Part shown: positions 13,201-25,275 of the stretch, piece by piece
Layout of the letters: every line of letters starts with the position of its first letter
Numbering within the stretch: position 1 is the first letter of the stretch
Assembly: GCA_002633005.1 (NCBI GenBank)
Contig: NMRA01000295.1
Location: 252,240-316,239 of the forward strand
Reading direction: 5' to 3'
Source of the DNA: Phoronis australis
Lineage: Eukaryota > Animalia > Phoronida
Length of the DNA: 64,000 nt
The notes under the pieces: generated by a model
What the model was told of the DNA's origin: nothing
The model's database searches: none
The model's input: the letters and a program-made list of their open reading frames with translations, nothing else
Program-made: the position numbers and the translations under genes

Positions 13201-16200
13201 TCAATACGTTTGAAATACTCTGCCATTTAACAAGTGGGATTTAACTCCGCCAGCAGAGCGTTCGAGGACGCCAGAGCAGAGACAATCATTCGATTCCGCA
13301 CCATAGCTGATCTCAGTAGATCAGTTTTTTCGTCGACAATGTCTGTGTAACATGGCTTAAGAAGGCGGACTTTTAACTTGAGTGAACAACGAAGACGTAT
13401 ATGAAAGTTGTTTGGCTCTTGCACTCGCGCAATTAACGTGCTTTCGACCATCTCAGATTCGATCAGACCTACGAACTTTGATAAAACGGACCCGCATTCG
13501 GCCAAGCATGCGTAAAATTACTACAAAGTAATGTTCTGTTGAGCCAAAAAGTAAGATAATAAACAAAGCAAACAAGGAAATGGAGGAAACTAGGTGGCAG
13601 ATGACTTGTCAACACGTAAACACTTGAATTGATTCCTAGCCTGCGTTCCATAGGTCTAAGAAAAACACCAGTCATAGCAAGATGTCGCCATCCATTACAG
13701 GCTAAGCAAGACTAATCGCAACAGCTTTTCACGCCATTGTCTTAGATGTACGACACGCAGCCCTGTATTTCCCTTTTAAGGATTTCCGGAAAATAAGTGC
13801 ATAAATAAAATCTAAAACCCTGTGTAAAATGTCCCTGAAAGTTTCTTTCTTGATAATGATTTTTCAATTATCCCAAAACATTAGAAAACAACCCACTGAG
13901 AAACCTAGCGTATTAAATGGCCGCGTCGATTAGCGTGGCTCATTGCGTGGCTCCACGTATGCGCCACCTCGTGAGCTCAGTTACGTTGTTCTCACCAATG
14001 TCGTAATGTTCACGTTCTCCCGTCTCGACAAGAATCTGGGCCAGAGATTGGTTCATTCGGAGTGTCCAATGCTTGATTCCCGAGATGTCCGCTGCGCAAA
14101 TGGTTCCATCTAGAGTACATGGTGGAAAAGTAAAAGCACCATTAGCACTGCATCAAATAAACGGTTTAAGAAAAAAGAAGTCGGACAGATTGGCAAACCA
14201 AAGACAATATTTCATCTTCGTTTTGCAATGTAGTCATTAAAGTGCCCGATGAATCTTAAAACAAACCCACAATCCACCTGACGCCCATTTCAAGATGATT
14301 TCCTTTCAAACGTGTTCCAAAATATTGATGTAGATTATAAGTCACCCAGTATAGTTAAGAATGTCGGGAAATTATGAATCTGCTTCAAAAGGCCAGTGAA
14401 ATTTTGTACAAGTCGAGTGGAACTGAACTAATTGAGAAAACATGTAAAAACAGAGGACATTAATTTACATAGTGTTGCTCATTAGTGGTATCTTTCGATT
14501 GACGAGACACAACCTAGGTTCCAAAACAATAAACACAGAAGACAGACTGTATGTTCATGCTCACCTATACGCGAATGTTTCAATGTCCATGATTACACTA
14601 AATTCAACCGCTTACTCCTCACGTTCACCTTTCCCGTGTAATCAATCAGAGCACACCACTCTATAGCCAAAACAACAATGACATCTGTGCACTTGATTAA
14701 CATTATGGATGTTAGCCAAAAGCCGGTCAGAATAAAAAACAACTAAAAATAATTCTGCAAACAGCACTCACTCTTGGAATCGACAATCTGCTTCTGTAAC
14801 CCAGGGAGTTGCAGTTCCATCTTCTCAATACTTGTCTTGGCTGGGTAACGGCTGCCATGGCGACCAATATAGTACACCATAAGGGGTTGACAGTCTTTAA
14901 AAAAAAACATAAGATTGTGAGACATAAAACGTTTCTTTTCGATTTGCTTTGACGTCAGTTATTATTAAATTATGCTACAGTGTATGGGGCATTTTGTAAG
15001 GATGAGACCAGGGACTTGTTCATAAATGTTACTTAGTTTCGAGTGAAACATAATGGGATCGCTTCGCTTTTGAACGCGTGGTGATATCTCACTGAGACTT
15101 GTGCGATTTCGCCAGATACTGGACTGAGTTCCGTAAGGAAAACTAATGACCACGTGCTTCGTTACCGAGTCTTTCACAATGCTACGAAAGGTAGCACTGT
15201 TATGGTGTTTAATATGGCTTCTCATTGGTTTAAGTAATGAAACCGACGTCATAACATTCAGTTGTTCCGATTGGTTGAAATCTTTGAAACCCCTTTCAAA
15301 TAAAATATTACAAATTCGAATTAGTACTTAAAGTCGCTGCCGATAGATATGAACTTTTCGTAAACGTACAATTATAATTTTTATATTTTTATTGTCAAAT
15401 TTGCTTGGAATGAAGGTTGGAGTTATGAAGTTCCCGAGATGCACGTTTCATTGTGAAGTTTCATCATTGATCCTCAACCAGTCCATGATTTGCAGTGATG
15501 CGGCTAGTTATACTGTCGCGGCGTACCGGGGAGGGGGTCATCTCCAGGCCGCATCTCCAAAGTGAGGTGGGTAGCAGGGCGACACCCCGATGGGTGAGGG
15601 CAAACTAGCGAGGGACGGCACCAACATAGTGAGGGGAGGGGACTTGAGGCATGTGCATTGTTGCCCACACAAGAATTCCATGTGTCACTCCGGCAGCATG
15701 TAGGCAAAGGGCCACTTTTCCGTATAGCTAGGTGGCGCTGTGTCAGAGCGGGGTAGTGCTTCGTATGGAGCCGCAATGGGATATCTCGCGAGATTCTTGC
15801 GTCCACGCATTAAGGCGTTCGCCTAGTTGTTCGATAGGACAGGAAACAAACAAGTAGTCCGATTGATCGGCGTGGCCACTGAGTATCTTACACGATTGGT
15901 TAACTCTGTGCAGTTCCCAGTGCGATAAAATGTTTATTAAAACCGAGAGAACAACGATAATTCACTCATTGTTGCATATGACACCCCGTCGATCTAAAGC
16001 AGTTTCGCTTGGTTTCATGCAGTAAATATTCGAAGCCATGTTGTCATGCCAGACAAAAGACTGCATGCAACAGTTAACCGAAGGAGCCGGAACCTGTTGG
16101 TCTAATGACGTCACTGAACGCGAGAAAGGTGTAATGGCCGATAGCTTCACGCTGAGGGCGCCAGTTTGTCTGAATGTCTATATGAGCTGGTTAGATGCGA

Positions 16201-19032
16201 CAGTTACAGTGTACTTGTACTCGTAACCTTCAGACCAAGCAACAATGTAATGAAAAATTTCCACGTTGCAGCTAGACTGTGTTGTGAAGTCTGATACCCG
16301 GATGGGGGTCGAAAGAGGAAATATAAATTTGGACAATCCCCTTTCTTATTTTTCCCGTCAAAACACGTATACCGGTAATTTTATTCTAAGCCTGTCAGTT
16401 GTTAAAACAGACTTAGAATTACATTACCGCGTTAAAACACCCACGGGTTTTACACGATAGCACGTTAGGCCTACATTTATTAAATTACGCGTTAATTCAC
16501 GTTTAGTAAATTGTCACGTACTGGATGTGAGTTACCTGCCAGTTGTCTTTCATGGCAGTTTGCAAAGCTCCGGTTCTAAAGCGGTTTTAAAAAAACTATT
16601 TGATCAGATTGGGATTCTGATATTTCACTAGGCATTCACGCGTAGCCCAGGGTTGGTTGTCGGTTAGCTGTGTGGGGCTTACATACTTCCCATCGTTTTC
16701 TGTATTGATTTTGTCCCGTGTATTTTATTATCATCTTTAAAATATAATTAAATTCTATTTATAAATTAATACTTTAAAAATCATTCCCGTTTCTTCTATG
16801 AAAACAACCCTGTTAAAGCGCGTGCTACTGCGTGATACCTGCGTGCTGGCTAGCCACGCTCGCTGGTTCCCTACGTGCCTAGCCAGCACGCAGGTATCAC
16901 GCAGTGGCACTCATTCAACCACCGGTCGCCAATGTATCACTTTGCCATCCCAGCTGCTGAATAAATGTGGCTACGCCAGTGTTGGGCTGCTGTGCGTGAA
17001 CCTGCTTAATCTCAAGATCGCGTATGCGTGAACTTGGAATTGAACAAAGTTCTTTGGACAATCAGGTGATATTTTTTGTTCAGTGTAAAGAATTTTTGTA
17101 ATTATTGGACTACCGTAACTTGAGTCAAAGAATCGGAGGAATTTGTGATTGGTTAAAACAATTGTTGTTTGCTGAATAAGATCGCCAATTGTTGAAAAAA
17201 ATTTAGTTGAATTTTACGTTATCCTATAACATATTTGGATTAGTGCAGTGCAAATTTTTATCAACGTGAACGTGATTATTTGAGTGAACTCGTCAAGTTT
17301 CCTCATGTATTCCAAGTTCACGCATACTCGATCTTGAGATTCCAAGTTCACTAACAATAACATGCTAAACGCAACGCCTTATTAAATCGTTGAAAGGGTC
17401 GACTTTAAGACCAGTCGTGCGTTCACTTCAATTTCGACACGAAATCAAAAAGTTTTTTCAAAAACATACAAAAGGTTAATAAAAGAGTTTTTAATTGGAC
17501 ATTTGAATTTATGTTGGTGCAACATCAAAATACCGGCCTTTAATTAAGTTAAAAATAAACGGAAAACCCCTTATGCGTGCAGAGTAAGATTCAAGCTGTT
17601 ACCATGAAACGTGTAACAGCAACAGAGGTCATAGGGTTTTGAAGCGTTCTATTTCTTCACTCCTGACCTGTCTCTGTCACTTCAAAGGAGGTCGACGAAA
17701 TAAGGTCACCTGTCTCGCTGACCAAAAGCTCAAGCACGTGTCCCGTATCGTGCAATGTAGCAAATACAGTATTGATGCCTGTATTGGAAGACAATATAAG
17801 TGCCGACTTGTTCGCCTCCATGTTAATTTGCCGGGTTGTGGGTGCTCAGATCAGTGTCTAATGGTCTCAAATTGAAATGGTTGCTATTGCATTATACCAG
17901 GTTCTCCAAGTTGACCTGTCGCGTTGTGCATCAGTCATTTTATTCGACAAGCATAATCTGGAAAGTGTCAATTCTTTGCTGGACCAAAGATCACTCCGCA
18001 TGTGAGAAAGGAACAAGACAAATTTTACAGAGGGAAGTACTCTAAATCAAACTTTAGTTCGCGCAAAACATCCGTTTCAACGGCCCGCCGCCTGACCTGC
18101 TCCAACCACATTTTCACTAGTTTACAGTACCTCTCTATATGGGGAGACGTCGCGTTGAAAACCCCAACCGTAATCAGCTTGGTATGTTCTCCAGGGACGC
18201 AGGATACAGGTGTTATGGTGAATATAGTGGAGTGCTGCTGCTCAGAGAGACTTTTTCACGACCAGTCGTTCCCAACGAAAGAACGCCAGTTCCAACAGAA
18301 TTGCAAATCTCCGACAAAAGGGTTCACTATATGGGAATTCGCCATAAAATACCCATTCTCCAATCCACTAAAACGGTTTTTCAGTAAGTAGGAACGACTC
18401 ATGTAAAAGCATGACTATTTGTGTAATGAATGGCTAAATAAACTATCTAGCTATAGACATTAATATCGTCTATTTTAAAAGCTCCGATTGAAAGGATGAA
18501 CTCATTTTCACGACACGGCGAGCTTATGGGTTAAAACCCCAGCTGGCTAAATTGCACGAAATAGTTAGATTCACAAAATTATCTCCCATAACAAAAGAGT
18601 GATTGTTTCACAGGAAAATCCTAAGAAAGAGTGGCAAATGAATGGCTCCCCTTTTTGGATTTCACCCTGGATCTTTAAATGGGAGGGGTGATCGATCCTA
18701 ATCTTCCAGCGGCTGCACTCCCCTGATGAGTACAGTCGATTATACCCCCGGGTATATTTTACTGGACGAAACCGACTCCATTGTAGAGTATATTACTGAA
18801 GTAGGGCGATATTCGCCTGGCAGACACGTAGTTCCAAACTTACACAGAACTTTTACTTACTGGCGACCTCTAGTGTGTCTGTGTTTACTCGTGGCTCGGC
18901 GTCATAGTTGGTTTTCCAGCCAAAGAGTCGGTAAGGATATTTGTCGGTAGAGTAACAAGTCTCGCCGGCCACTCGGGCTGTGTAACACGTCGCTAACAGC
19001 AACACAAAAGCGGTGACGACCATTCTGTCCAT
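3739..19032 (-). CDS. MINPP1: Multiple inositol polyphosphate phosphatase (MINPP1/Mipp-like histidine acid phosphatase, phytase); 8 coding exons, 489 aa
   Basis: Exons 19032-18861, 14894-14772, 14109-13996, 12514-12380, 10333-10230, 8814-8700, 7034-6791, 4201-3739. All introns are GT-AG and phase-compatible; total 1470 nt. Contains a signal peptide, RHGSRYP (RHGxRxP), TQRTKFSAKYFARGLFG, DYLLRYYSLC, SPWCAAF...LEY..D...YY..YG...N, FGHSYT...LGLFKD and RRFRSS. Confidence 0.9.
6275..6431. mobile_element. MITE family B, copy 1 (CAGGGGCGGAT...ATCCGCCACTG)
   Basis: TIRs, TGATA on both sides, close copy at 9848-10004. Confidence 0.8.
6791..7034 (-). CDS. MINPP1: MINPP1-like exon 7
   Basis: IYKMCAYD...SPWCAAFTRDELEALEYRSDIIDYYYASYGNSINPKTTCPL; gtgcag acceptor, GTATGT donor. 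Confidence 0.9.
8700..8814 (-). CDS. MINPP1: MINPP1-like exon 6
   Basis: KVYKVPVTEQGVFDQSDAMKDVLSSVSKRLGLNKTLDF; tttcag acceptor, GTAAGT donor. Confidence 0.87.
9848..10004. mobile_element. MITE family B, copy 2
   Basis: Highly similar to 6275-6431. Confidence 0.8.
10230..10333 (-). CDS. MINPP1: MINPP1-like exon 5
   Basis: FYDDSFDAELVLEQKPKNEDYLLRYYSLCDNWQN; ttccag acceptor, GTAAGT donor. Confidence 0.85.
11105..11298. mobile_element. MITE family C (CCATGCGCGTAC terminus); inverted relative at ~58795-58990
   Basis: Shared terminus and reverse-complementary tttagtggactttt / aaaagtccactaaa and ccactttgccaaatgggg blocks. Confidence 0.55.
11299..11323. other. Assembly gap (25 N); single Ns also at 19956, 27249, 38410, 42574 and 55774
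   Basis: N characters in the sequence. Confidence 0.98.
11841..12069. mobile_element. MITE family A, copy 2 (inverted relative to copy 1)
   Basis: gggcccgtcccaagaaaactgacttagctaagacaaatcttaaa...cttggaatgggcccc. Confidence 0.7.
12380..12514 (-). CDS. MINPP1: MINPP1-like exon 4
   Basis: GRFKKRLASLFNTTYDKNKFKISHTETQRTKFSAKYFARGLFGK; ttacag acceptor, GTTGGT donor. Confidence 0.88.
13996..14109 (-). CDS. MINPP1: MINPP1-like exon 3
   Basis: GTICAADISGIKHWTLRMNQSLAQILVETGEREHYDI; ctctag acceptor, GTGAGA donor; phase 1-1. Confidence 0.82.
14772..14894 (-). CDS. MINPP1: MINPP1-like exon 2 (catalytic RHGSRYP)
   Basis: Acceptor ttttaaag, CQPLMVYYIGRHGSRYP, donor GTGAGT; phase 1-1. Confidence 0.92.
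16822..16910. repeat. Near-perfect 37-bp hairpin with 15-nt loop
   Basis: gtgctactgcgtgatacctgcgtgctggctagccacg / cgtgcctagccagcacgcaggtatcacgcagtggcac; 35 of 37 positions are Watson-Crick pairs. Confidence 0.9.
16996..17351. mobile_element. MITE with ~33-bp inverted repeats
   Basis: aatctcaagatcgcgtatgcgtgaacttggaat (from 17008) versus attccaagttcacgcatactcgatcttgagatt (to 17341). Confidence 0.7.
18861..19032 (-). CDS. MINPP1: MINPP1-like exon 1 (signal peptide MDRMVVTAFVLLLATCYTARVAG...YRLFGWKTNY)
   Basis: ATG at 19032 (alternative ATG at 19023), hydrophobic leader, F..KT.Y motif, donor A|GTAAGT. Confidence 0.85.
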
Positions 19033-19583
19033 TAATTGTAGCGATGGTGAACGTACCCCCGTTACTCTCAGCAGTTCCAACTAAGGGTGTAAACTACGGG
19101 TGTCAACTACGCGATTCAGCTTAATCGACTGACGCTTTCACCGCCCTATCAAAGGTATTCCTTTGCCTCGCTTCCAGGTGTGACGGGCAATACCGCCCGT
19201 CTTGGCTAACCGGTGCTCGGCAAGTGATTAGGCCACGCCCCTATCATTGAAGTATCCCAAATCGGAGAGACCCAATTGTGCTGTTCCCATGTAAAACTTA
19301 CCCGGTATTTTTTCAGCCAATTTTAGCAAATTTCGCTGATTTAATCTCGGGAGGATTTATTCATTAGGTGACCTTTAGGTGACCTTTGTTTACTCAATTA
19401 AAATTTCAGGATAGACTGCATCTCGACTAATGGCAGTGTTGCTGCCTGCTGAATTGACGCTTATTTATTCCTTCAACAAGCTGATGTCGTAATTCTCTCA
19501 GATGTCTTTTCAAGGCCAGTCGATATGACCTCCATAGCTTACTGGCCCGCATGCAAGATTGCACAAGGACCGTGACACACCAG

Positions 19584-19737
19584 GCCTGCGTTCAGCAGAC
19601 GCTTAAGGACCTACGCTAGGGCCTAGCTAAAACCTAGTCAAAGTCGTGTGTTCTCATTTGAAACACACGGCAGTATCTTACGTAATCTCGCGAAGTCTTG
19701 CTTTTTAGCGAGGTTATAGCGTTACTGAACGGGAGGC
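19584..19737. mobile_element. MITE family D; diverged copy at ~5702-5801
   Basis: Imperfect TIR gcctgcgttcag / ctgaacgggaggc; shared ggacctacgctagg...gtgttctcattt...cgcgaagtcttg. Confidence 0.6.
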
Positions 19738-22346
19738 AGATTAGGTGAAATAATTTCCTGTTGGGCCTCCGTTCCTTTGCATGACGGATCGTTCCTTTCA
19801 ATCATGGGCCCGTTTGCTGAAGGCATGCAACTGGGTTTTGGTTGAAATTTGGCTAAGTTTGAACACTGGGAACTGTCGGTACAACGTTTTGTTATGTAAC
19901 CCGACAGTGTCTAGGTAAATAAAACAGACTCATTTCTCCGGGGGGATCAGTCAAGNGCAACTGGGTTTTGGTTGAAATTTGGCTAAGTTTGAACACTGGG
20001 AACTGTCGGTACACCGTTTTGTTATGTAACCCGACAGTGTCTAGGTAAATAACAGACTCATTTCTCCGGGGGGATCAGTCAAGTGTAGTGGGGGGTGGGG
20101 GAGATCTGGTGCATTTTTAAGTATAGAGTTCAGACGCTCGACATGTCGAAGGATAGGGTAGACTTTTTTGTTGTCACAAAAAATATAAATTCGAGTAAAC
20201 CATCTTCCAATGGGCATAGACGAATAGTTTAATTCTAGCTCTTGGTATAATCACGAGTTGCCTTTTATTTTGACCTGTTAAAAAGAAAATGCACCCAGGC
20301 TTCAAAACCCAAACTATGACACCCTGCTGTTGCTGGTCATGTACGTTCCTAACTTGGTGTCCCAGAGACAAAGCCTGCAAGATTCGCATCGGCACGGTTC
20401 GTGTCTAGATTGTGTACCACTTGCCTCTCGGTCTTTTAGTTGAGCAGTGACCGCCAGCAAAAATTGTCGTCCGTTCGCCTTTCGCCTCTAGGTCATTGGC
20501 GAGACAGTCTAGTGTTTTGTTGCATTCAAAAGCCCGGCATACAAAACTTTCAAACGTTCAATTATAGTCGAACTATTTGTATGAAGCTCAAATAAAAGTG
20601 ATGTAAGAGGCGTTTAGAGAAGTTGCTAAGGGCTCTGACCGCACCTTTCATGACGTGAATATTTACAATCTGTTGCGCTGCTTACTACGTATAAACACGT
20701 TACCAAAGATATTATCATAGATTATAGACAACTTGGGATAAGTTTGATTGTTGCATGACGTCAGGTGCATTGTTCAACAATAGCAACGAGGTGCGTGATA
20801 ATGCGACGTCATTGTTGCTATACGGCGTATAACTTTTTTGCAACTGGGCACATATTCGCAACTCCGATGTTTTCTTCCGTGCTATCCTAGAGAAGGCGCC
20901 ACTTTCCTAAATTATGTGGTGCAGTTTCCGGTTAGTGTATTGTGACGGGAAATTCTCGCATCTAGTTTGCTGTCCAGTGCAACGAAAAAAAAAATCGGCA
21001 TTGAAACGCTGTTCAAAGCCTTCCGCAGAACTGCTGGTATTGCGAGTACTTTTGACAATGCTACTGGTCATGTAATTGCAAAATTTAAACTTCGGTTCCG
21101 ATTGATTTTGTCGTCTGCTTGGACAATAGTAGTCAGCCAGCTAGCTAAAAGAAAGCTACCACAATAGCGGCATAGTTACCGGACAGTTTGGGTCTCATGG
21201 TTCACATACTGAGAAAACTACGAAAGCGCATTGGTGCACAAATTCTAAGGAGTACCTGTGAATGCAAAAGATATTTATATAGCGTTTTTGTTTCAGAAAA
21301 TTATTAAATTTGTTCGGATTAATGAAATGCGCCTCTGCAACGATTTCACTGTTCTAACCTCCGTATGTTTATAATTCAACATTCCCAATTGAGCAGTTCT
21401 TCTGGGAAGTATTTTAATACTTAAAAGTGGCACTTAGAGGGCCGTTGGTTGTACTCTGCATGAGCCTTAGGTATAGCGTGAAATGGTTCTTAAAAGAACC
21501 GTTGAATAATTCAAAATAAATCACACAGTATACCGTGCTCACTCAAGTACTGAAGGTCCTCTTCATTCATGTTTTCATCTGGGAAGGTTGGATGAAAACA
21601 GAGAAGATGACAATATCGATGACAGTTGTAACACATTAAATAGATGTTACCGTTCACCATTGTCCAGTCCTTGTTCCTGGATTCATAAGTAATCCTGAAC
21701 CGCAGGGAAAAAAGACATGGGGGAAGTGTTAGTTCACATTAAATTTAGACCCCCCATTAAATGCGACATGTGTCGTATTTTAATTTTACGTAGTTACCCG
21801 GGGTCATTTTCAATACTGAAAACTAAGGCTTATTGGGGCACAATAAAAGTACGTCCCAAGTGAGCAGCACGTCTCCTGGATATAATGTATTTGCATCGAG
21901 CGATACGAATAAAATGATAAATTTGCGCGATCTTGCTGGTTTCTTTTGAAAAAACGAAAAAAAAATTAAACGCTCGCTGTGGATAACAAGCGTGCAGCCG
22001 CTCAGACAATTCGAGAATCTGACACTGGACTTCCAACCCGCTTGATCGGATTTGACCTTTCACGTAATATTTCAGAAGGGCAATACTTAGAATCCTTTAC
22101 GCACGGGACCCTTTTGTTACATTAGGAGTAGGATTAGTTCATTATGTAACCTAGAGGTGGTATAAGAATTTAGTTTTTGTCAGAAACGTTCGTTTGAAAG
22201 GCTTAGGTTTGGAAATATTTGGACTTAAGACAGAAGTTTAAAAATCATTTGTCCGATTTCAAAAAATTATCATTGAAGAATATTGACAACTGAACCTTCA
22301 CACCCCTCTGGTGTTCCTATTCCATGTTTGCATATGGTTGTATTTT

Positions 22347-23168
22347 CATAGACTGCAATGTATTGTACTTGGCTAAGATGGTCTAGAGATTTTGTGCGGC
22401 ATAGTTTCGGTATGAAATGAGTGTGTAACCTGCTGATGAACTGCGAGATAGATTTTGAGTAGGCCAGCTGGTTGTTTCTGGAGTATTAATGTGATTATTA
22501 TTGATGTTAAAGGTTCTACCAGCATTCAACTTATATGTACACGGATTTATAAATCAGCGAAATCGGTGATCCAAATCCTAACGAAATGTGCGCATTCTGC
22601 TGAAATAGTAACCGTCTGATTAGGTCCAGGGGAGATGATTAATTTGGTTAATTCGCACACTAGACTATGGGTGAAGTTTCTCGTAAGGACAGGAGTTCGA
22701 TAATCACTATCTTGTTAAAGAATTTAGAGGACAATTTGAATCGAAAAATTTTCCTGGTAATGTTAATCAAAAAGAGTAAAGAACAATGGCTATGTGAAGA
22801 ATAGAATTAAGTAGCAGGCCTACCAGAAGTTGTTAAAAAACATCCATCGTCAAAATGTCTTGAACATATATATAAAGTCTTATTTTCATTAACGTTTATA
22901 CAAGACATAAGGCTCTTCTCCCACAGCCGATTATGAGGTCTACGTACGCTATGGAAGCTAACGCCTTTGCATTTCTCCTGTGTGGCCGAACATCCGGCCA
23001 CATGGCAACGGACCATGATTAGCCGACGACGTACTTGCCGGAAATAACACCAGATAATTTGGCCAGGTGACGCTAGTGAATAATGACGTAACGGCTTGTA
23101 CGATGAGCACAGATTTCGTCCATTGAAAGTATACGGAGTTGGCGGTCCATGATGTACTACAGTCTATG
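22347..23168 (-). mobile_element. Non-autonomous DNA transposon carrying a THAP-domain ORF (P-element-like)
   Basis: TIRs CATAGACTG...CAGTCTATG; internal ORF 23016-22807 with the THAP C2CH pattern (C-x4-C...SFH...W...ICSRHF). Confidence 0.65.
22807..23016 (-). pseudogene. THAP zinc-finger fragment (transposase N-terminus)
   Basis: MVRCHVAGCS...GVSFHS...LWEK...LYICSRHFDDGCF; stops before the AVPT box; no catalytic domain follows. Confidence 0.7.
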
Positions 23169-24169
23169 ATAGTATTTTTGACGTTACGCTACGTCAACAT
23201 AATGCTATGTACAGCAGTTGAAATGAGTTGCAATTAATTTGTCTTTGCTTATAATCTTATCGAATTTTGTAATGATTATAAGACCATTGAGATTCTCTAT
23301 TATGACCAGACCCAAGGCGCTGTTTGATGAAAGTTAGACTCAACGCGGTCTTAATTCCAGTCATGTTTCGTGAATTTGAAATTTTCTTCAGTGTATTTGG
23401 TTTTATTTGTGATAAAATGATCAATGGTAACGCTCCTAGGCATGCGACTTGGCGAAATCGATCCTGAAGAAGACTAGACGAAGGCAGTGATACCAATGCC
23501 GGCCAAGTTCCTTATGGATGACAATCTACCAACAGGTCACGCGTGAAATTTTTTCCTGGCAAGAAATTTTCTCGTGGCAAGAAATTTCTGTGTCCTGGTG
23601 TGATAAATTTTCTGTCCTGGCGTGTTAAACTTTGATCCTGACTCCACAAATTAGCCTGGTGCGATCAATTTTGGATTTGAATATATTTTTGGTCACGCAG
23701 AGAATTTAATTCTTGAATAGAAAATTTGTGCCCTGGAATATTTCCGCTTTGCTTTTTTAGATTTCATCTTGAAAATTTAAATCATTCGTCATTTTATTGA
23801 TGCCGTTGATTTTACTATACGTCGTCACGTGATTCTATCAAAGCCAGATTTGTATGAAGTCAAAAATCAGATTCTCCCTTCAGGAAGACATTTATACATA
23901 ATTTTAAATTGAACAGTGCTGCAGATATTTGCTTGAATGCACAGCCTTGTCGATAAGGTCTTCCATAATCTTAAAAGTGTTCCAAACTGTCCATTCACCA
24001 AGTGATGTGCAGAGATTTACCCACAATTAAATGAGAAAACGAAATAAATCGAATTCACGATTTTAAAACAGATTGATTATTTATTTTATGGTATGCAGGT
24101 TTTGGTAGATATGTTGTACGAACGTCGGTAAAATTAGGTATTGGATGTAGCTGGTGTAGGAAAATATAA

Positions 24170-24290
24170 TTAACTTTGTATGATTGCCAATAGTGCCCAT
24201 ATTCTGTTGACAAATAGTCAACAACCTCAGTTGGCCGCCCGGGACATACATTTTGAGAAGCCAGCTGGCAATATCATCATTAGCATAGCC
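24170..24290. repeat. Interspersed repeat; inverted copy at ~26770-26880
   Basis: ccagctggcttct.aaaatgtatgtc...gaggttg...actatt.gtcaa...atgggcacta.tgg.aatcat shared in opposite orientations. Confidence 0.6.
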
Positions 24291-25090
24291 AAATATGAGT
24301 TGCACCTGATCACGTCGGCCTTGACTGTACAGATTGAAGGACCTCTTACATGTATGGCACGCACAGAGACGTCTAAAAGTGGCATGGGACCACGGGCAAA
24401 ACAGTTCACCGAGGCCTTCTTGACGACAAAGCTGTTCGTTAGATTTTCGATGTAGCCCTGTATGTGTACTTCCAACGAAAAATTAAGAACTCTATTAAAT
24501 TTTTCACAACGTTTCTATTGTGGGACTTTTAAACGACACTGAGACTTGCGAACCGTTAACAAATGCTGGTGTGCCATAGCCGGGACTGATTCGCGTCGGG
24601 TAAATGTCATACTACTATCAAACGACATTTGCAGGTCATTTTGTGCAAAAACTTGCGAATCTTTATCTTCAATTTAATTATGTTGTCATTTAGCTTCACA
24701 TTTCATAAACCCTAAACAAAATTCTCACGCATTATTCGCAAGCATGGGTCTCAAAAACTTGAGAAACCTTCGTGTCAGTTTCAGACACCTGCGGCGGCTT
24801 TGGGCTTACTTTGAGGAGAAAATATTTCCCAAAATTTTTTTACTTGTCCATCAATTGCAAACTTTTGGAACATGAGTGCGAGGCCGTGCAACTCAGGCGA
24901 GGAAATTGCAATCCCGTAGTGTATTCATTTCGAGAGATGTTGGAGATCCCATCAAAAATTTGGGCACGAACAGTGACGTCATTGCTCCAGTAAACTAAAT
25001 GATAGGATTTGAAGGTTCAATGCAGTTGGCTTCAAGTGAAAATTGTCGCCAGTCACAAGTCGCTAGCTTTTTTATTACTAGTTGTCCGAA

Positions 25091-25275
25091 ATTGACCTAT
25101 CGCCAGGATTTTGATTGACGGCTTAACTGACCATTTAGAACGCAGCATTATTGACACACCTTCGTTTCCAAGCCGCCATTTTACCCCACAAACAACAAAA
25201 CAACACGTTGCCGGGTAAAAGTTATTGTTTGTTGGTCGACATTACGCAAGGGGGCGGAGCTTGTGATAGGTCAAT
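25091..25275. mobile_element. Short MITE (ATTGACCTATC...GATAGGTCAAT)
   Basis: Perfect 11-bp TIRs. Confidence 0.55.

Noticed and set aside
19827-20084. ~128-bp tandem duplication upstream of MINPP1
   Set aside because: Copies are separated by a single N and show allele-like differences; same artefact pattern.
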